A DNA stretch of 63,977 nucleotides, counting the filler, from Reticulomyxa filosa (Eukaryota > Protista > Foraminifera), in NCBI GenBank assembly GCA_000512085.1. It is 17 parts of 17 records of this genome, joined end to end, with 100 filler letters (N's around TTAATTAATTAA, not from the genome) between each part and the next. Parts side by side here need not be neighbours in the genome. Positions count along the whole stretch, not along the records: positions 51,941 to 54,241 come from ASPP01012575.1; positions 54,342 to 56,326 come from ASPP01003370.1; positions 56,427 to 57,715 come from ASPP01045066.1; positions 57,816 to 60,070 come from ASPP01044036.1; positions 60,171 to 62,048 come from ASPP01027735.1; positions 62,149 to 63,977 come from ASPP01041488.1; 11 more parts are not named here. One strand, given 5' to 3'. Shown one piece after another: positions 51,988 through 63,977 of the stretch (its first letter is position 1; every line of letters starts with the position of its first letter). The notes below the pieces were generated by a model. The model saw only the letters and a program-made list of their open reading frames with translations. It had not been told where the DNA came from and did no database searches. The position numbers and the translations under genes are program-made.

Positions 51988-52211
51988 AAAGTGGAACAGC
52001 CCTGGGCAACACCAGACAAGGTATTGCTCGATAGCAGTTTCTGCAACGCGCCTTGACAGAGCGCATTGACAGTTTTATCAGCAGTCCAATTGGCCTTGGC
52101 ACGTTGCCACCTTTGCGCAATTTCGCACCATTTGGGGTCTTGTTCCATCCGCAAACGGACTTGTTTACCTCGTACAAGTGCCTTTTTCATAAATTAAGCA
52201 CAAATAAATAA

Positions 52212-52244
<33 letters not shown>

Positions 52245-54241
52245 TGTATATATTTTGTGTATTATATACTTGTAATTGAATAGTGTTGGTTTCTTGTTGC
52301 AAAGTGGCCTTTTTGGAAAGGATCATTCTCCACCAATTGGAAATGGTATGAGCGGAAGTAGTTTGGAGTTGGACATGGCGCTTGAAGACGACACGTCTCC
52401 ACAAAGAGATGAGTTGATCCACACACAACTGTTTGTCTTGTTGAATGCACTTCAATTCGAGCTCTTGCTTCATTTGCAACGCTTGCAGCCGCTCGTTCTC
52501 TATCCTCTTTATCTCACGTACAAAGTGCCCGCGAATGTGTCCCGTGTTCACGTGCGCGCTGAGCCAATCTCTACTTGCTTGCTTTTCCATCAGTTCTTTT
52601 CGTGCCTGTTGCAAACAACACACACACACACACACGCGCGCGTCATTTTTTTTTTATTTTTATTATATCCCGTTTGCAAGCGTCTGTACAATGGGTGTTT
52701 CGTCGCTACAAACAACAAACTGCAACGAACCAAGTACGTCTGAGTGAAGCCTTGAATGCACTGTGTCGATTGTCGCACGTGTCGAAATTGCTCGCGCTTA
52801 TGGACACAATTCAAACCACGATTCATTATGAAGCATATAATATATATACACATATATATATATATTATATGTACATATATGCATACCTCTCTTTTTGTGA
52901 TAAGGATAGTGGTCAATATCAAAGACAATTGACGTTTCATTTCTTCTTGTGCTCGCTTTTGCAACGCTTGTTGTTTCAACTTTTCTTGCTCCATCAACAA
53001 TTGCATTTGTCTGGCTCTTTCTTTCTCTTCGTTTTCTTTTATCTGCGCCCTGCACTCTTTTCGCACTAAATATGTGCGGATGCATGCTTGCAATGTTGTC
53101 GTGTCTTTTATGGCTTGAAGATACCTTTTTTTTTCACATAACACATATATGTATGTACAAATTTGAAACATTTTTGGATTTGTTTTTCCTCAACTTAGTT
53201 CTGACTCGGCAAGCAAACATGTGCACACGAAATACATTGGCAGTGTATTGTTGTTTTTTCTTTTTCATTTCTGCCGCCTAAACCAACAGTTTTGAAGACA
53301 ACAACAACAACAATAATAATTTTTGTCCGTGTGGCTATGTTTCTGTTATATCATTAATAAGTCCGTTCTCACGCTTTTTTTTTTTTTTTTTTTTTGGCAT
53401 TGTCAGCAATTCAAAAGTATAAGATAAACTCGTTTTCGCTTTAGGATCTTTTGCACAGCTTTCTGCGCGAAATAAGTGCGGATACTCGCTTGAATGCACT
53501 CTGCGGCATTGACATTGCCCAAAAGGTTCTTTCTTTGCACCTTTACTCGAATCATCTCTTTGATCCAGTTTGCCGTCAATACTAATTCCTCTGTGTACCT
53601 TTTTTTTTTTTTAAAAAAAAAGGTAAATTATTCTCAAGGGAGGACAGCTTTATTTTTATTTTTTTTAAAAAAGGGGGGGGGGGGGGTTATTTGTAGTTTT
53701 CCAAACTGTGGTGACGGAGGGAGAGCGACAAGACAATGGTGGGTCAACGACAGTCTTCGTTTCTTGGCAAGCGCGGGCGAAGTGTACACATCGCCGTCAA
53801 GCGAATCGCACCCAATTTTCGAATCTTCGTCCAACTTTATCGTCAGACATGGTACACCTTGAAACCTTTGCGATTTTTTTGTTTAAAGCGTTTGTATAAC
53901 TAAACAGACACATATATTACTATGTGCAAAAAAAAAAAAGTGGGTTGCTCAAAGCCCAAAAGCTACTCCAACCCAGAGTATATTTTTGGCATATGAGTGC
54001 TGTAATTTAATTTTAAAAAAAAAAAAAATAGTGATAGCAGCACCGTTGGGATTATGAGCCACAATGGCGGAGTGTGAAAGGCGTGCAAAAGGGCCATGTG
54101 AAAACAAGAAGGAGGAGGGGGAGGAGGAGGAGGGGAAGGGGGATGGGATGGAGATTGTAATGAGAGGAGAACGCAACAATACAATGCGTGGACAAACTTG
54201 GGGGCCGGACTAGAAAACGGCGCAAGCGTAAAAACATGGTC
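51985..54241 (-). CDS. ASPM/abnormal spindle-like IQ-repeat protein, internal fragment
   Basis: IQASIRTY, LQACIRTY, IQGFTQTY IQ-like motifs; ALVRGKQVR..ALQKLLSSNTLSGVAQGCSTL resembles the ASPM C-terminal region. Confidence 0.7.
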
Positions 54242-54341
54242 NNNNNNNNNNNNNNNNNNNNNNNNNNNNNNNNNNNNNNNNNNNNTTAATTAATTAANNN
54301 NNNNNNNNNNNNNNNNNNNNNNNNNNNNNNNNNNNNNNNNN

Positions 54342-54372
<31 letters not shown>

Positions 54373-54379
54373 AGTTCAA

Positions 54380-55484
54380 TAAGTGATGTGTTGGTAACTT
54401 GGTCTCTGCGTTTGTGTAGAAACACATACATTATATATACCATCTCAATTCCCATGTCGCGTCTAAGATCCTTCGTTTCAGTCGTCCATATGCCCAGATC
54501 GTCACTGTGATCCCCATCGCAAGTGTCCCCAGCGTTGGCACATACAGCAGGTACAAATTGAACCAATTAAATTTGGAGTGCGTGTTTTTGATGAAACAGA
54601 TCTTCGGACCCAAATATACATATATTATATATATATATATATATATATAATATATGTATATTTGCTTTTTTTTTTGAAAAATTATAAAATAAACATACTT
54701 TGAAATCTTGACGATAATCAAATGCTTTGACCAACTGTCCGAATATCACTAAGAAAGACACGACAAGGATGACCGTGAGATGGATTTGGTAGGAATCGCT
54801 TGCCGGTCTGCGGAAAGGGTTCGCGAGCGTTCGCCAAATGTCCCAACAAATGCCCATAAAGTATGCTTCACTCAACAAAAAAAAGAAGGAAAATAATGCT
54901 CCCAACCAACCGCACCACCTTCTTTCTATACTTGCGTCATCTTCCAACAACGTCATCAAACAACATAACAGTCCAAACAGTAGATCCACTACTGTACGTG
55001 ATAGTATCAACTTGGCTGGAACTTTGCGCTTTTCCTTTTTTTTTTTTTAAAAAAAAAAAGTCCCTTTGGCATCTTGTCTTTTTTTTTTTTTTTTAACTTT
55101 AAATCGTGCAAAATCTTGGATTACGTAGACACAACTCAAAATTGTGACAACTGTTTATTGCATGTAATGTGCGTATGTACATGTATATTTTCATATGGTT
55201 TTATTTTGCGGAGGTTTATTGTTGTTGTGTTGGTGATGTATGACGATGCATCCATAGAGACTTGTACATACTTCCTGCCACTGTGACAGCTGTTACATTT
55301 CACAAAATATGCAAGACGCTTGCTCATGTACATAACAATTGACATAGACTTCAAAAAAAAAAAAGACGACAAACTAACAATAGCGCACGTCATCACTCCC
55401 TGATATCGTTGGCGACTGTGTGCTGCTTTGAAGCGTATGATTTTGAAAAAAAGGGTTCAATATGTTGGTAGTATACAAATCCAT
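54380..55484 (-). CDS. 7TM GPCR-like receptor (cAMP-receptor/GPCR-PIPK type), 5' part
   Basis: PAKLILSRTVVDLLF, C..LGALFSFFFLLSEAYF...WDIWRTLANPF, ICFI, YVP, AYGRL. Confidence 0.75.
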
Positions 55485-56426
55485 CAACAAGAAATAATCA
55501 CTACGCCTACTCCAAATTGTTGATAGATTTTTTTTGACGCCGAACGCCACAGAACGATCTTTCAACTTCTAGTGTACAACGGCTGTATTTGATATATCAA
55601 TGGAAAAAATTCTATTTCGTTCTTTTTCTGCCTAGTACACGAGGATCTAAGAGAGAATTCGTACCGAATTGCTGATTGCAATATATATATGATACAGCTA
55701 TTTAAAGAAGAGATTAGCAACTATGGCTCTCCTAATAATATCTCAGCTGAGTAAGAATATTGTAATTTGAAATACATAGTTTTTTGTGCGTAGAGACTCT
55801 TTGATTTTTAACTCAAAATCAAAACAGATGTAACTGTAAACAATAAGATTTTGAAAAATAAAAAGTCAAGTTACATTATTTCTCTTTTTCTGATTATATT
55901 TTAAAAATGGTCTCATATTTCAATTTGCTGTTCAAAAAGTTGGGCTTTTCATCTTTAACTTGCACAATTAATTTCATAATGATAAAATTAATAATTAGCG
56001 AAAAAGTGACCGAAAATGAATTAAATATAAATAAAAGTTATTTCTGTATCGAAAAATAAACATATAAAGTAATGGAATATCGTGGCAGTGCGCACATAGT
56101 TTCTTGAACTTCAATTTTCTTAGTATCATTTCAATTACTGTATTCTAAAAAAATTTAATGTATGCATCAATATGTCAACATTCAAATTAAAATTTAAATA
56201 AATAGCAAAAACAAAAATACGCTGCTCGATAAGTATAATCGACACATAAAATTTCATTAAAAAAAACAAAATGCTAAAAAATATTAACTTCACATTTGTG
56301 GGTTTTCCTGCTGCTGAAAGAGGTGCNNNNNNNNNNNNNNNNNNNNNNNNNNNNNNNNNNNNNNNNNNNNTTAATTAATTAANNNNNNNNNNNNNNNNNN
56401 NNNNNNNNNNNNNNNNNNNNNNNNNN

Positions 56427-56630
56427 GATAATACAATTCGTTTTTGGGACATTCGAACTAATAAGCAATTACATGTGATCAAAGGAAATGATGAAGATGG
56501 TGGAATAATTTCTCTTCAATTTTCACCATTTAGAAACAAAGAGAATGGAGGCAAAAATACTGATGACAGCATTTGCAATGTCAATTTGTGTTATGGTTCA
56601 GGCAAAGGCATGATCCGTATTTGGGGATAG
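56427..56630 (+). CDS. 3' end of a WD40 family gene
   Basis: DNTIRFWDIRTNKQLHVIKG..NLCYGSGKGMIRIWG*. Confidence 0.8.
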   Translation, partial: DNTIRFWDIRTNKQLHVIKGNDEDGGIISLQFSPFRNKENGGKNTDDSICNVNLCYGSGKGMIRIWG

Positions 56631-56959
56631 TGCAAAAGCGGATAGACTAAAATATTGATTGATCCTTTTTCGATTTAATTGAGTGAAGCGTTGTTTAATT
56701 TCACAATAATCTTATTTATTGTATTTATTCCAATTAATAAACAAAAAGATAGATAATTTTGTATTATATAACTTTGTTTACTACAAATGGTAGTCTCACA
56801 TTCAATACTGGTTAATTCATTCAAAAAAAAAAAAATTGTATTGTTTACTAATTGTGTAAATTTAAGATTGGATATTCTACTTCTTCAAAACTATTTCTGT
56901 GATCTAAGAAATACATCAACTATTGTATGTGCATTTAGTTAAATCAATCATTGACTATT

Positions 56960-57460
56960 TTTTTTATGATATAATTTTATTCCCATCTAATAATTAATTG
57001 TAATGGTGAAATATCAACACAATAAACACTATTTTCATGTCCATTGAAAACATGTAATGATTTTAAATGTTTTCACATCTCATAAACGAATAGTTTTGTT
57101 TCATGATGAAGAACAAATAATATTACGATAATTGTTATAATGATGATATTTTGAAAATTTCATAAAACACAATTCAGATGAATGTTCATTAAATGATTAA
57201 ATTTGTTGATTGGTCTCTATAACTGTTGTATCATCTGATCTAGAACAAATGAATTGACCAATCTGTATGTCCAGTGAAAGTTTTGAGTAATTTGGATAAT
57301 GAACGAAACACATCAAATATGAAGAAGTTGTCTGCATTATGTTGTGAACAAAGTAATAACAATAACAATAAAAGTAATAGCATTGGTGTGATTTGGATAC
57401 AATTTGATACATGGGATATTGAGACGACAAAACAATGTATTGTTTTTAAAGGACAAAATA
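56960..57460. pseudogene. Scrambled WD40 remnants on both strands
   Basis: Minus strand: QFICSRSDDTTV, KFSKYHHYNNYRN.ICSS, KTIRL*D. Plus strand: SNSIGVI..IQFDTWDIETTKQCIVFKG. Confidence 0.7.
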
Positions 57461-57815
57461 CTTTTCTTTTTTTTTTTTAAATAAAAAATTATTTAGCCAA
57501 TAAAAGGAACTTTAGAAATTCAAATTTTTTTTTTTTTTTGCTTAAAATAAGTGAAGATGACACATTACTCCGTAAATGATTTGTTGTTATCAATAATTAA
57601 TACAATATTTTCACCAAGTAAAAATAAAACATTTATTATTGATAAGAGACCCAAAAACAGGGAATTGATGAATTGAAGAGCAATAATTTGACCACTGTTT
57701 GTTCTTTTTTTTTTTNNNNNNNNNNNNNNNNNNNNNNNNNNNNNNNNNNNNNNNNNNNNTTAATTAATTAANNNNNNNNNNNNNNNNNNNNNNNNNNNNN
57801 NNNNNNNNNNNNNNN

Positions 57816-59353
57816 TATATACCACATATGACCATTGAAGAAGCTGAAAACTTACAATTACACGATTTCATTGACTATAGGTTCGGACTCTATTTTTTTT
57901 TAAAAAAAAAAAAAAAAAAATATGTTTTTGTATTCCTATTGTCAAAAATTGAAAAACAGAGACGAAGTGGGACGATATTTGCATGCATCAATTGTGGAAA
58001 AGCTAGGGAGTCGATTGAAGGTGCATTACGAAGGATGGAGTCGCAGGTGGGATTGTTACAGTGATTACAAAAAGGAAATTGAACGCTTTGCCAAATCACG
58101 CACTATATCTGCAAGACCGGCACATCGCTTTATTACTTTGAAAAAGAGAGACTTTGTTGACATCAATCCGAAAATGAGACATCCAGGATGGGTAACAGGC
58201 GAGATTCGCAGAAAAGACAAACACTCTGGACAGGTACAGGTGGTCTACGAAAAAGACTCCAGGAATTTTCTGTTTTGGGCCCATTTGGATGATGTCAACT
58301 CCATTGCTGAGTTCATGTCCAAGTCTGGACAAGTTCAGAAAACTCAAATCGATCTCGAAAAACAAATCAAAGATCAAGATTCAAATAGTTCCGAAAAAGC
58401 TTTGCCTCCACGAACCAAAGCTAAAAAACAGCATTTTTATGCCAATGGTACAAATAAAATACATAAATATATGTGTATACGTATTTGTTGATTGGTTTAG
58501 AGAAAAATTTGGAGTTAGTATTTTTGTGTGAATGCAGATCCTGAAACAATGTCATTATTGCGTGCAAAACGATTTGAAAAGAAAGAGAATGAGGTGATTG
58601 ACAACAAATATGCCATTGGTGATTGGTTGGAAGTGCAAGACGTGCGAAGCGGTCGTTGGATTACTGGTAATGTAATTGATAAAGAAAACAATTGGATTGT
58701 AGTTCATTTCGATGGATTTTCCAGCAAGTTTGACCAAAAACTGCATGCAGTGCAAATGAAAGCTAGACTACGAGATTTTGAACCAGGTCAAATTGCATTG
58801 GAAATCAAAGATGTAAGTCAAAAATTACATTTCTTTATTTTACTTATATTAAAAAAATTACAACAATCAATTTATCAAAAATTTATAAAAAAAAAAGGAT
58901 AAATTAGAAAACAAGTTAGAAAGTGAAAAACAAGAAAATGATAATTTTATTGAATTAAAAAAAGGATTAAAGAGCATTGGTTTATTTGACAAATATATAT
59001 CAATTTTCGAAAAATACAAAATTGATGACAGCACATTATCACTTTTGGATGAACAACATTTGAAAGAAATAACAGAATTGACTCTTGGAGACAGAATTAA
59101 GTTTGCAAATTGGTTGAAGGGTTACCAGTTATCATTGCAACAACGTAAAAATAATGCTGACAATGACCAAATATCCGAAATACACCAAGAACATCTTTGT
59201 GTGTGCTGTTATGAAAAACCTGCGAATATGGCGATTATTCCATGTGGACACGTCTATATGTGCGAATCTTGTTCAAAAGAAAGAAAAAATTGTAACACTT
59301 GTGCTATATGCACAAAAGAAGGAACATTCTTAAAAATCTTTAAGGCAGTATAA
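57816..59353 (+). CDS. Protein with three MBT/Tudor-knot-like barrels, a SAM domain and a C-terminal C3HC4 RING
   Basis: LKVHYEGWSRRWD; IGDWLEVQD..GRW..G.V....WIVVHFDGFSSKFD; LKSIGLFDKYISIFEKYKID..L..L....L.E...LTLGDR; CVCC..PANMAIIPCGH..MC..C....C.IC. Confidence 0.85.
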
Positions 59354-60429
59354 TGCAAAACAACATGAACGATATACTTTTATGTTGTCATTATTTTTTA
59401 AAAAAATTGTCTTTTCACAAAAGAAAAATATACACAACAATTTTCAATTGCTGTCATAACAAAGGAATATTCAAAGTAAACACAAAAATATTATTATTAG
59501 CAAAAAAGAAAACAAAGCAAAACTTATTCAAAAAGGACATATGCTGAAAAATATCTAAAGCAACATAGTCGACAAATGAATGACGTAAGTATTGCAATAA
59601 ACGCAAACAAAAAAAAAAGAGAATAAAGTACTATATCAAATGAATGAAGAAAATAATATGTAGTATATATGCTCCAAACAAAAGTATGCTTGTTGTTTGT
59701 ATTTGTGTACATATTTGTCCTGGATTTAATTTATGATATGTACAGCAACTTGCTTGTTATGCTTTAAAACATGTAAGGCTGTTATGTTTATTCAAACAAT
59801 CAAATTGCAACGAATATTTGTGGAATATGAAAAGATTCAAATAGCCTTTTCATGTGATCGAAAAAGATATTATTGCAATGTTGCATCAATTATGTTGTCG
59901 CCTCAAGCTATCAAAGAAACCAAATATATTAGTCAAAGGAAACTGTAAATTAAAAAAATTGGATCTACTTGCGAAGTTCCTTTTGATTCAATCATGTCTC
60001 TTTTCTTTTCGTCGTATCACATTTATTCACAGACGATAATTTGTCATTGATTGTCTGCACAGCGAGCATANNNNNNNNNNNNNNNNNNNNNNNNNNNNNN
60101 NNNNNNNNNNNNNNTTAATTAATTAANNNNNNNNNNNNNNNNNNNNNNNNNNNNNNNNNNNNNNNNNNNNATTTTTTTTTTAGTTTTCTTTTTGGTTTTT
60201 GTGTCATTTTCTTCACCTCAACTTTTTCTCGTTCACTATATTTTTTTTTCCATTTTGATGTTTAAAAATAATTGATTGTGCCGAAGTCGTGCTTTTTTCA
60301 GACCGTACATTAGGTGCACTACCAAACCGTACAGTATTCGCTAAAATAATTGAAAACGAAAAGAGAAAAAGAGCCAGCAGGAACTTTTGAGAGGATACAG
60401 CAAAGATTAGAACAACCAAAAAGCTGTTT

Positions 60430-62040
60430 TTTTTAAAAGCCGGATTGAGAATTAGATTGTAAGAAAAATGGGCCACCTCCACAAAAATAAAAAATCCAAC
60501 AACAGCAATTGGAAGTACACCTTTTGCTTTTTAAAAAAAAATGGAGCACTTTTTGTATTGTGCGTTGTTGACATTCCAAATGGCAACAATTAATACATGC
60601 CATCTTCTGGTGATCAGCTAGATTTGTTTCTCTTTTGAACTTATACTTATCTTTTGTTCCCATATTCATTCCAATAAGAATTGGCCATATTATTTTGATA
60701 CATTTGCGAATGATTACCAGAATAGTTACGTTGATTCTCAGCCATGCGCATGTTATTTGTATAATTTTTCCATGCATGTGCAAAGGACAAATTAAATGCT
60801 GTATTTTTTTCCATTAATACACCTCGATAATCACTGCAACGATTGTGCAGAGTGGTACCACTTAAAACCTTACGATCAGTGATAACTTCCAAAGATGTTT
60901 CGTGAATACCCACCACTGTTCCTAAAGTGCCAAAAGGAACTCCTTGGTCACTTCGCAACGAACACACACGATCACCCAAGCGAAAATCTCTAGGGTTTGA
61001 TGGAGACCATGGAACTTCGGAATCACTCGCATAAACATGATGCAGTGGCACATTTTGCATAGTTATACGGCGTGGTTTCACTTGAGACTGTTCTTCAACT
61101 ATTAGTCACAATTGCAATTACAAGTATTTTTTTTTTTTTTGCGCTGTTTGCTCTATTCTGATATTTGTCCTATTTAAACTAACAAAAAACCTCCAAGTAT
61201 AATAACTGTAGGCATCAGCTTCTTTTTCAATTACCGCAATAACTTCTTTTGGCAAGATAGCAGCTTCGAACCTCACTAATGGCAACTGCGAAAATTCCTG
61301 CTCCTGCAACCATTCAACAACTTTCAACAAGTATTGAAATCCCTCTTCTTTTTGCTGGTGTTTCAATTCCAACTCTCTGTCTTCTTGTTGTGACGCAGAG
61401 GGTGGGAATGAAGACGATGATGCATTCACTGACACGCTTTCGTCATCTTTCATTATCAAGCACAAACACGCCACACACAAACAAACAGAGAATCCATATG
61501 ATCCATTTGACAGTAACATTGCAAAAATTATCCAATAAAAGTAAATCACGTAAACACACACAAATATGAACATGATGGTTGTAATTTGAATCCACTAATT
61601 TGTTGGGAGAGATCATCGACCTCGCCAATATTGGTACTTTCAGAAGAATTTTGCTTTTCAGTGTCTTCTGTTTTGAGTGATACACTTGGTGTCGGGGCAG
61701 TCAATGTCTCTTTTTTTTGCCACAGAGCAGTTTTGTTCTCATCTACATTGGTGACACCTTCTTTGATACTTGACGTCGAATAGTCCTCTTTTTTCTCTTT
61801 CGCATCTGTTCCTGTAACATAACGAACAATTTCAGGAATGGATTTCTGCATCATTTCCAACAAAAAAACATACATCGATTGTAGTTACAAATTCCTTCAG
61901 TGTTTTATACGTACACGTGTGTAGTACACTTTTATTATTCATTTGAGAACAAAACTTTAATAGTAGTGGAAGTAGCAAAATCGACAGAGGAAAATCTGAA
62001 GCCAGGATTTCTCTCCAACAGCTCAAACACCAACGGGAAT
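60430..62040 (-). CDS. XRN1: 5'-3' exoribonuclease 1, C-terminal region (SH3-like domain), spliced fragment
   Basis: FRLGDRV.SLRSD.GVPFG.LGTVVGIH...LEVI.D...L.GTTL..RC...RG; upstream KVVEWL....FSQLP.V. Confidence 0.85.
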
Positions 62041-62148
62041 TTTTTTTTNNNNNNNNNNNNNNNNNNNNNNNNNNNNNNNNNNNNNNNNNNNNTTAATTAA
62101 TTAANNNNNNNNNNNNNNNNNNNNNNNNNNNNNNNNNNNNNNNNNNNN

Positions 62149-63977
62149 ATTCAACAATTTTTGGATTAACAATCCGATGAGTGAAGTTATCATTTGTATT
62201 TCCTTTTTTTTTGATTTGTTCTTCCTGCCTGCTTTCTTGATTGCCGTTCAACACGTTGCCCGTAGTCAATAGTCGATCTCAAATACAGTTCAGCAAAGAT
62301 TACATGCGCTCTTTTGACAAACGCAAGGCACACAGCTCTTGCAGTAATGGAGCCAGAAAATTCAATAATCTATTTCTATTCACGAATTATCAATGCTCAA
62401 TGTTGCCTGCTATCTTACGATTCCTTCGATCATCACGAGCATGATCCAAAATCCAAATTTACGCATATGCGCACGCACACGACCAGTTTTTATATGATTG
62501 CCCAATATATGTGTTTCGATTATTGTGCTCCGTTTATAAAATTAGTGCCATTTCCATACCGGTTGAGTTTCCCTTGCTCATTGGAGCCTGTATATTGCAG
62601 TTCGATATAATCTTTGCGGACAATTGTTGGCATGGTAAAGCATCAGAAACTTGTGTTCTACCTACGTTGATGACACAATAAGTTCTTTGCAATATTTCGA
62701 ATTATCGCTGCGATACATTGACATATTCCATTCAACTTTTTCCATTGGGACACAAGTTAGTATACGTCCGAGTGGCGAATTTGGTTATGGAGTCGCTTTT
62801 TGCGTTTGGAAACATGCAAAGCCAATAAAGCCGGCCGACTGGGTGTTTTTTTTTTTTTCCTTTTATACAAATCATCGTCATCCTCTTCCTCTTCTTTCTC
62901 TTTCTTGCTTGCCGGTGTCCTGTGAGTTTCGAACTAAATTGGACCATAATATCCATATCGTTTTTTACTTTGCATGATATACAGTCTTCCTTTTTTCTTC
63001 TTGGCGAGCTTGCTTTCATATTTGGCTGCATCAATGTCTAGACATTGTCTGCGATTGATCCGAGAATCTTGCCAACTGTTCCAACTACAAGTTCATCTTC
63101 TCTTGTCGCCGTTGTGATGAGACACATACTTTGGCCTAATCGAATGGACGTGAGTATTTGCAATGATAGAATGTACAATTTTCATATTCCATTGTTCTAT
63201 TAGACGTATTCGTTTCCTCTTTTTTCTTACTTTTGATTGCCGCCCAACACGTCGTCTGTAGTTTACTGATGCAGTTCGGCAAAATAATATGCTCTTGCTC
63301 GACAAATGCAAGGTACACAACTTTTGCAGCGATGGACTCGGAAAATGCAACAATCTATATTTATCTTTCTTCACCGATAAATGTGCACAATGTTTCGCGA
63401 GTTCAAAATTTTTCCCATCAATATTTGCACGATTCAAAAGCCAAAGTTGTGAATGTACACACATACTACCAGTTTCGACACAGGTGCTCGATATATGCAT
63501 TCCGATTACTCTCTTGCGTATAAAATTAAAGACATTTCCATAACGATCGAGTTTCTCTTACTCGTTGGAGCCGGTAGATCATAGTTGGACACAATCTTTG
63601 AGTATAATTCTGAGCACGGCAAAGCACCAGAGACTTGTGTCTGCTTATATTGACGGCAAACAAGTTTTTTCAAATACTTCGGGTAGCACTTGTCATATTC
63701 GTTCGACACTTCGCGAGTGACGACTTTGCGCATTTCTATGTGTAGAAAAGCAAGTCCATAAAATCAATTTCAATAAAGCCGGATACTGGTTTTATTTTAT
63801 TCTATTTTTTAAACAAATTTAACGCGATATAATTTTAGAATGCTCTTTCTCTTCGTTTTCCTCCTTCTCTGTCTCTTCTTGCTTGCTGGTGTCTTGGAGT
63901 TTCGCAGTATAAATTGAACCACTCTTGCATGTGATGATTCTATCGATACAGTGGTTTGCTCGATGTCCATATATGTT
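62149..63977 (-). pseudogene. About two tandem decayed exportin-5-like units (same family as 30496-37861)
   Basis: Reverse-complement matches: RLLHFPSPSLQKLC.LHLS, RPKYVSHH.GD, PKYLKKLVCRQ..IVMEMSLIL. Confidence 0.65.

Noticed and set aside
2814-62148. Recurring TTAATTAATTAA motif as a biological repeat or CRISPR-like array
   Set aside because: Always centred in an exact 100-bp N block; it is a six-frame-stop concatenation linker.
1-63977. An immunity/conflict gene cluster (ART, caspase-TPR, TRAF-WD40, RNF213-like)
   Set aside because: These genes lie mostly on different contigs, so their proximity here is artificial.
1-63977. tRNA, rRNA or telomeric repeats
   Set aside because: None recognisable by eye; tRNAscan-SE and Infernal would be needed to exclude small ncRNAs.

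Overview
AT-rich eukaryotic DNA with short GT-AG introns. It is not one locus but 17 short assembly contigs joined by 16 artificial 100-bp spacers (44 N + TTAATTAATTAA + 44 N), so gene neighbourhood means something only within a contig. The gene content (expanded WD40, Kelch, TPR, caspase-like, ART-like and RNF213-like families, many pseudogenes, homopolymer-terminated contigs) points to the foraminiferan Reticulomyxa filosa or a relative; this is an inference. Recognisable genes: RPB8, HSBP1, alpha-tubulin (3' part), XRN1 (3' part), GSK3 (5' part), amidase/FAAH-like, C11orf54/DUF1907-like, Tom40-like, ASPM-like, a C2H2 zinc finger, a PUB-domain protein, a 7TM receptor and an MBT/Tudor-SAM-RING protein. 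The most notable observations are: (1) a symmetric 99-nt phase-0/0 exon encoding one 33-aa motif that joins Kelch and WD40 propellers, a candidate undescribed adaptor module; (2) tandem, decayed, rearranged exportin-5-like copies on two separate contigs; (3) a perfect 195-bp inverted repeat between convergent WD40 genes; (4) a catalytically degenerate caspase-like domain fused to TPRs, an ART-like toxin-fold domain, an intron-split GGDEF-like segment and a SAM-RNF213-like protein. All family assignments come from motif recognition from memory, not database searches.
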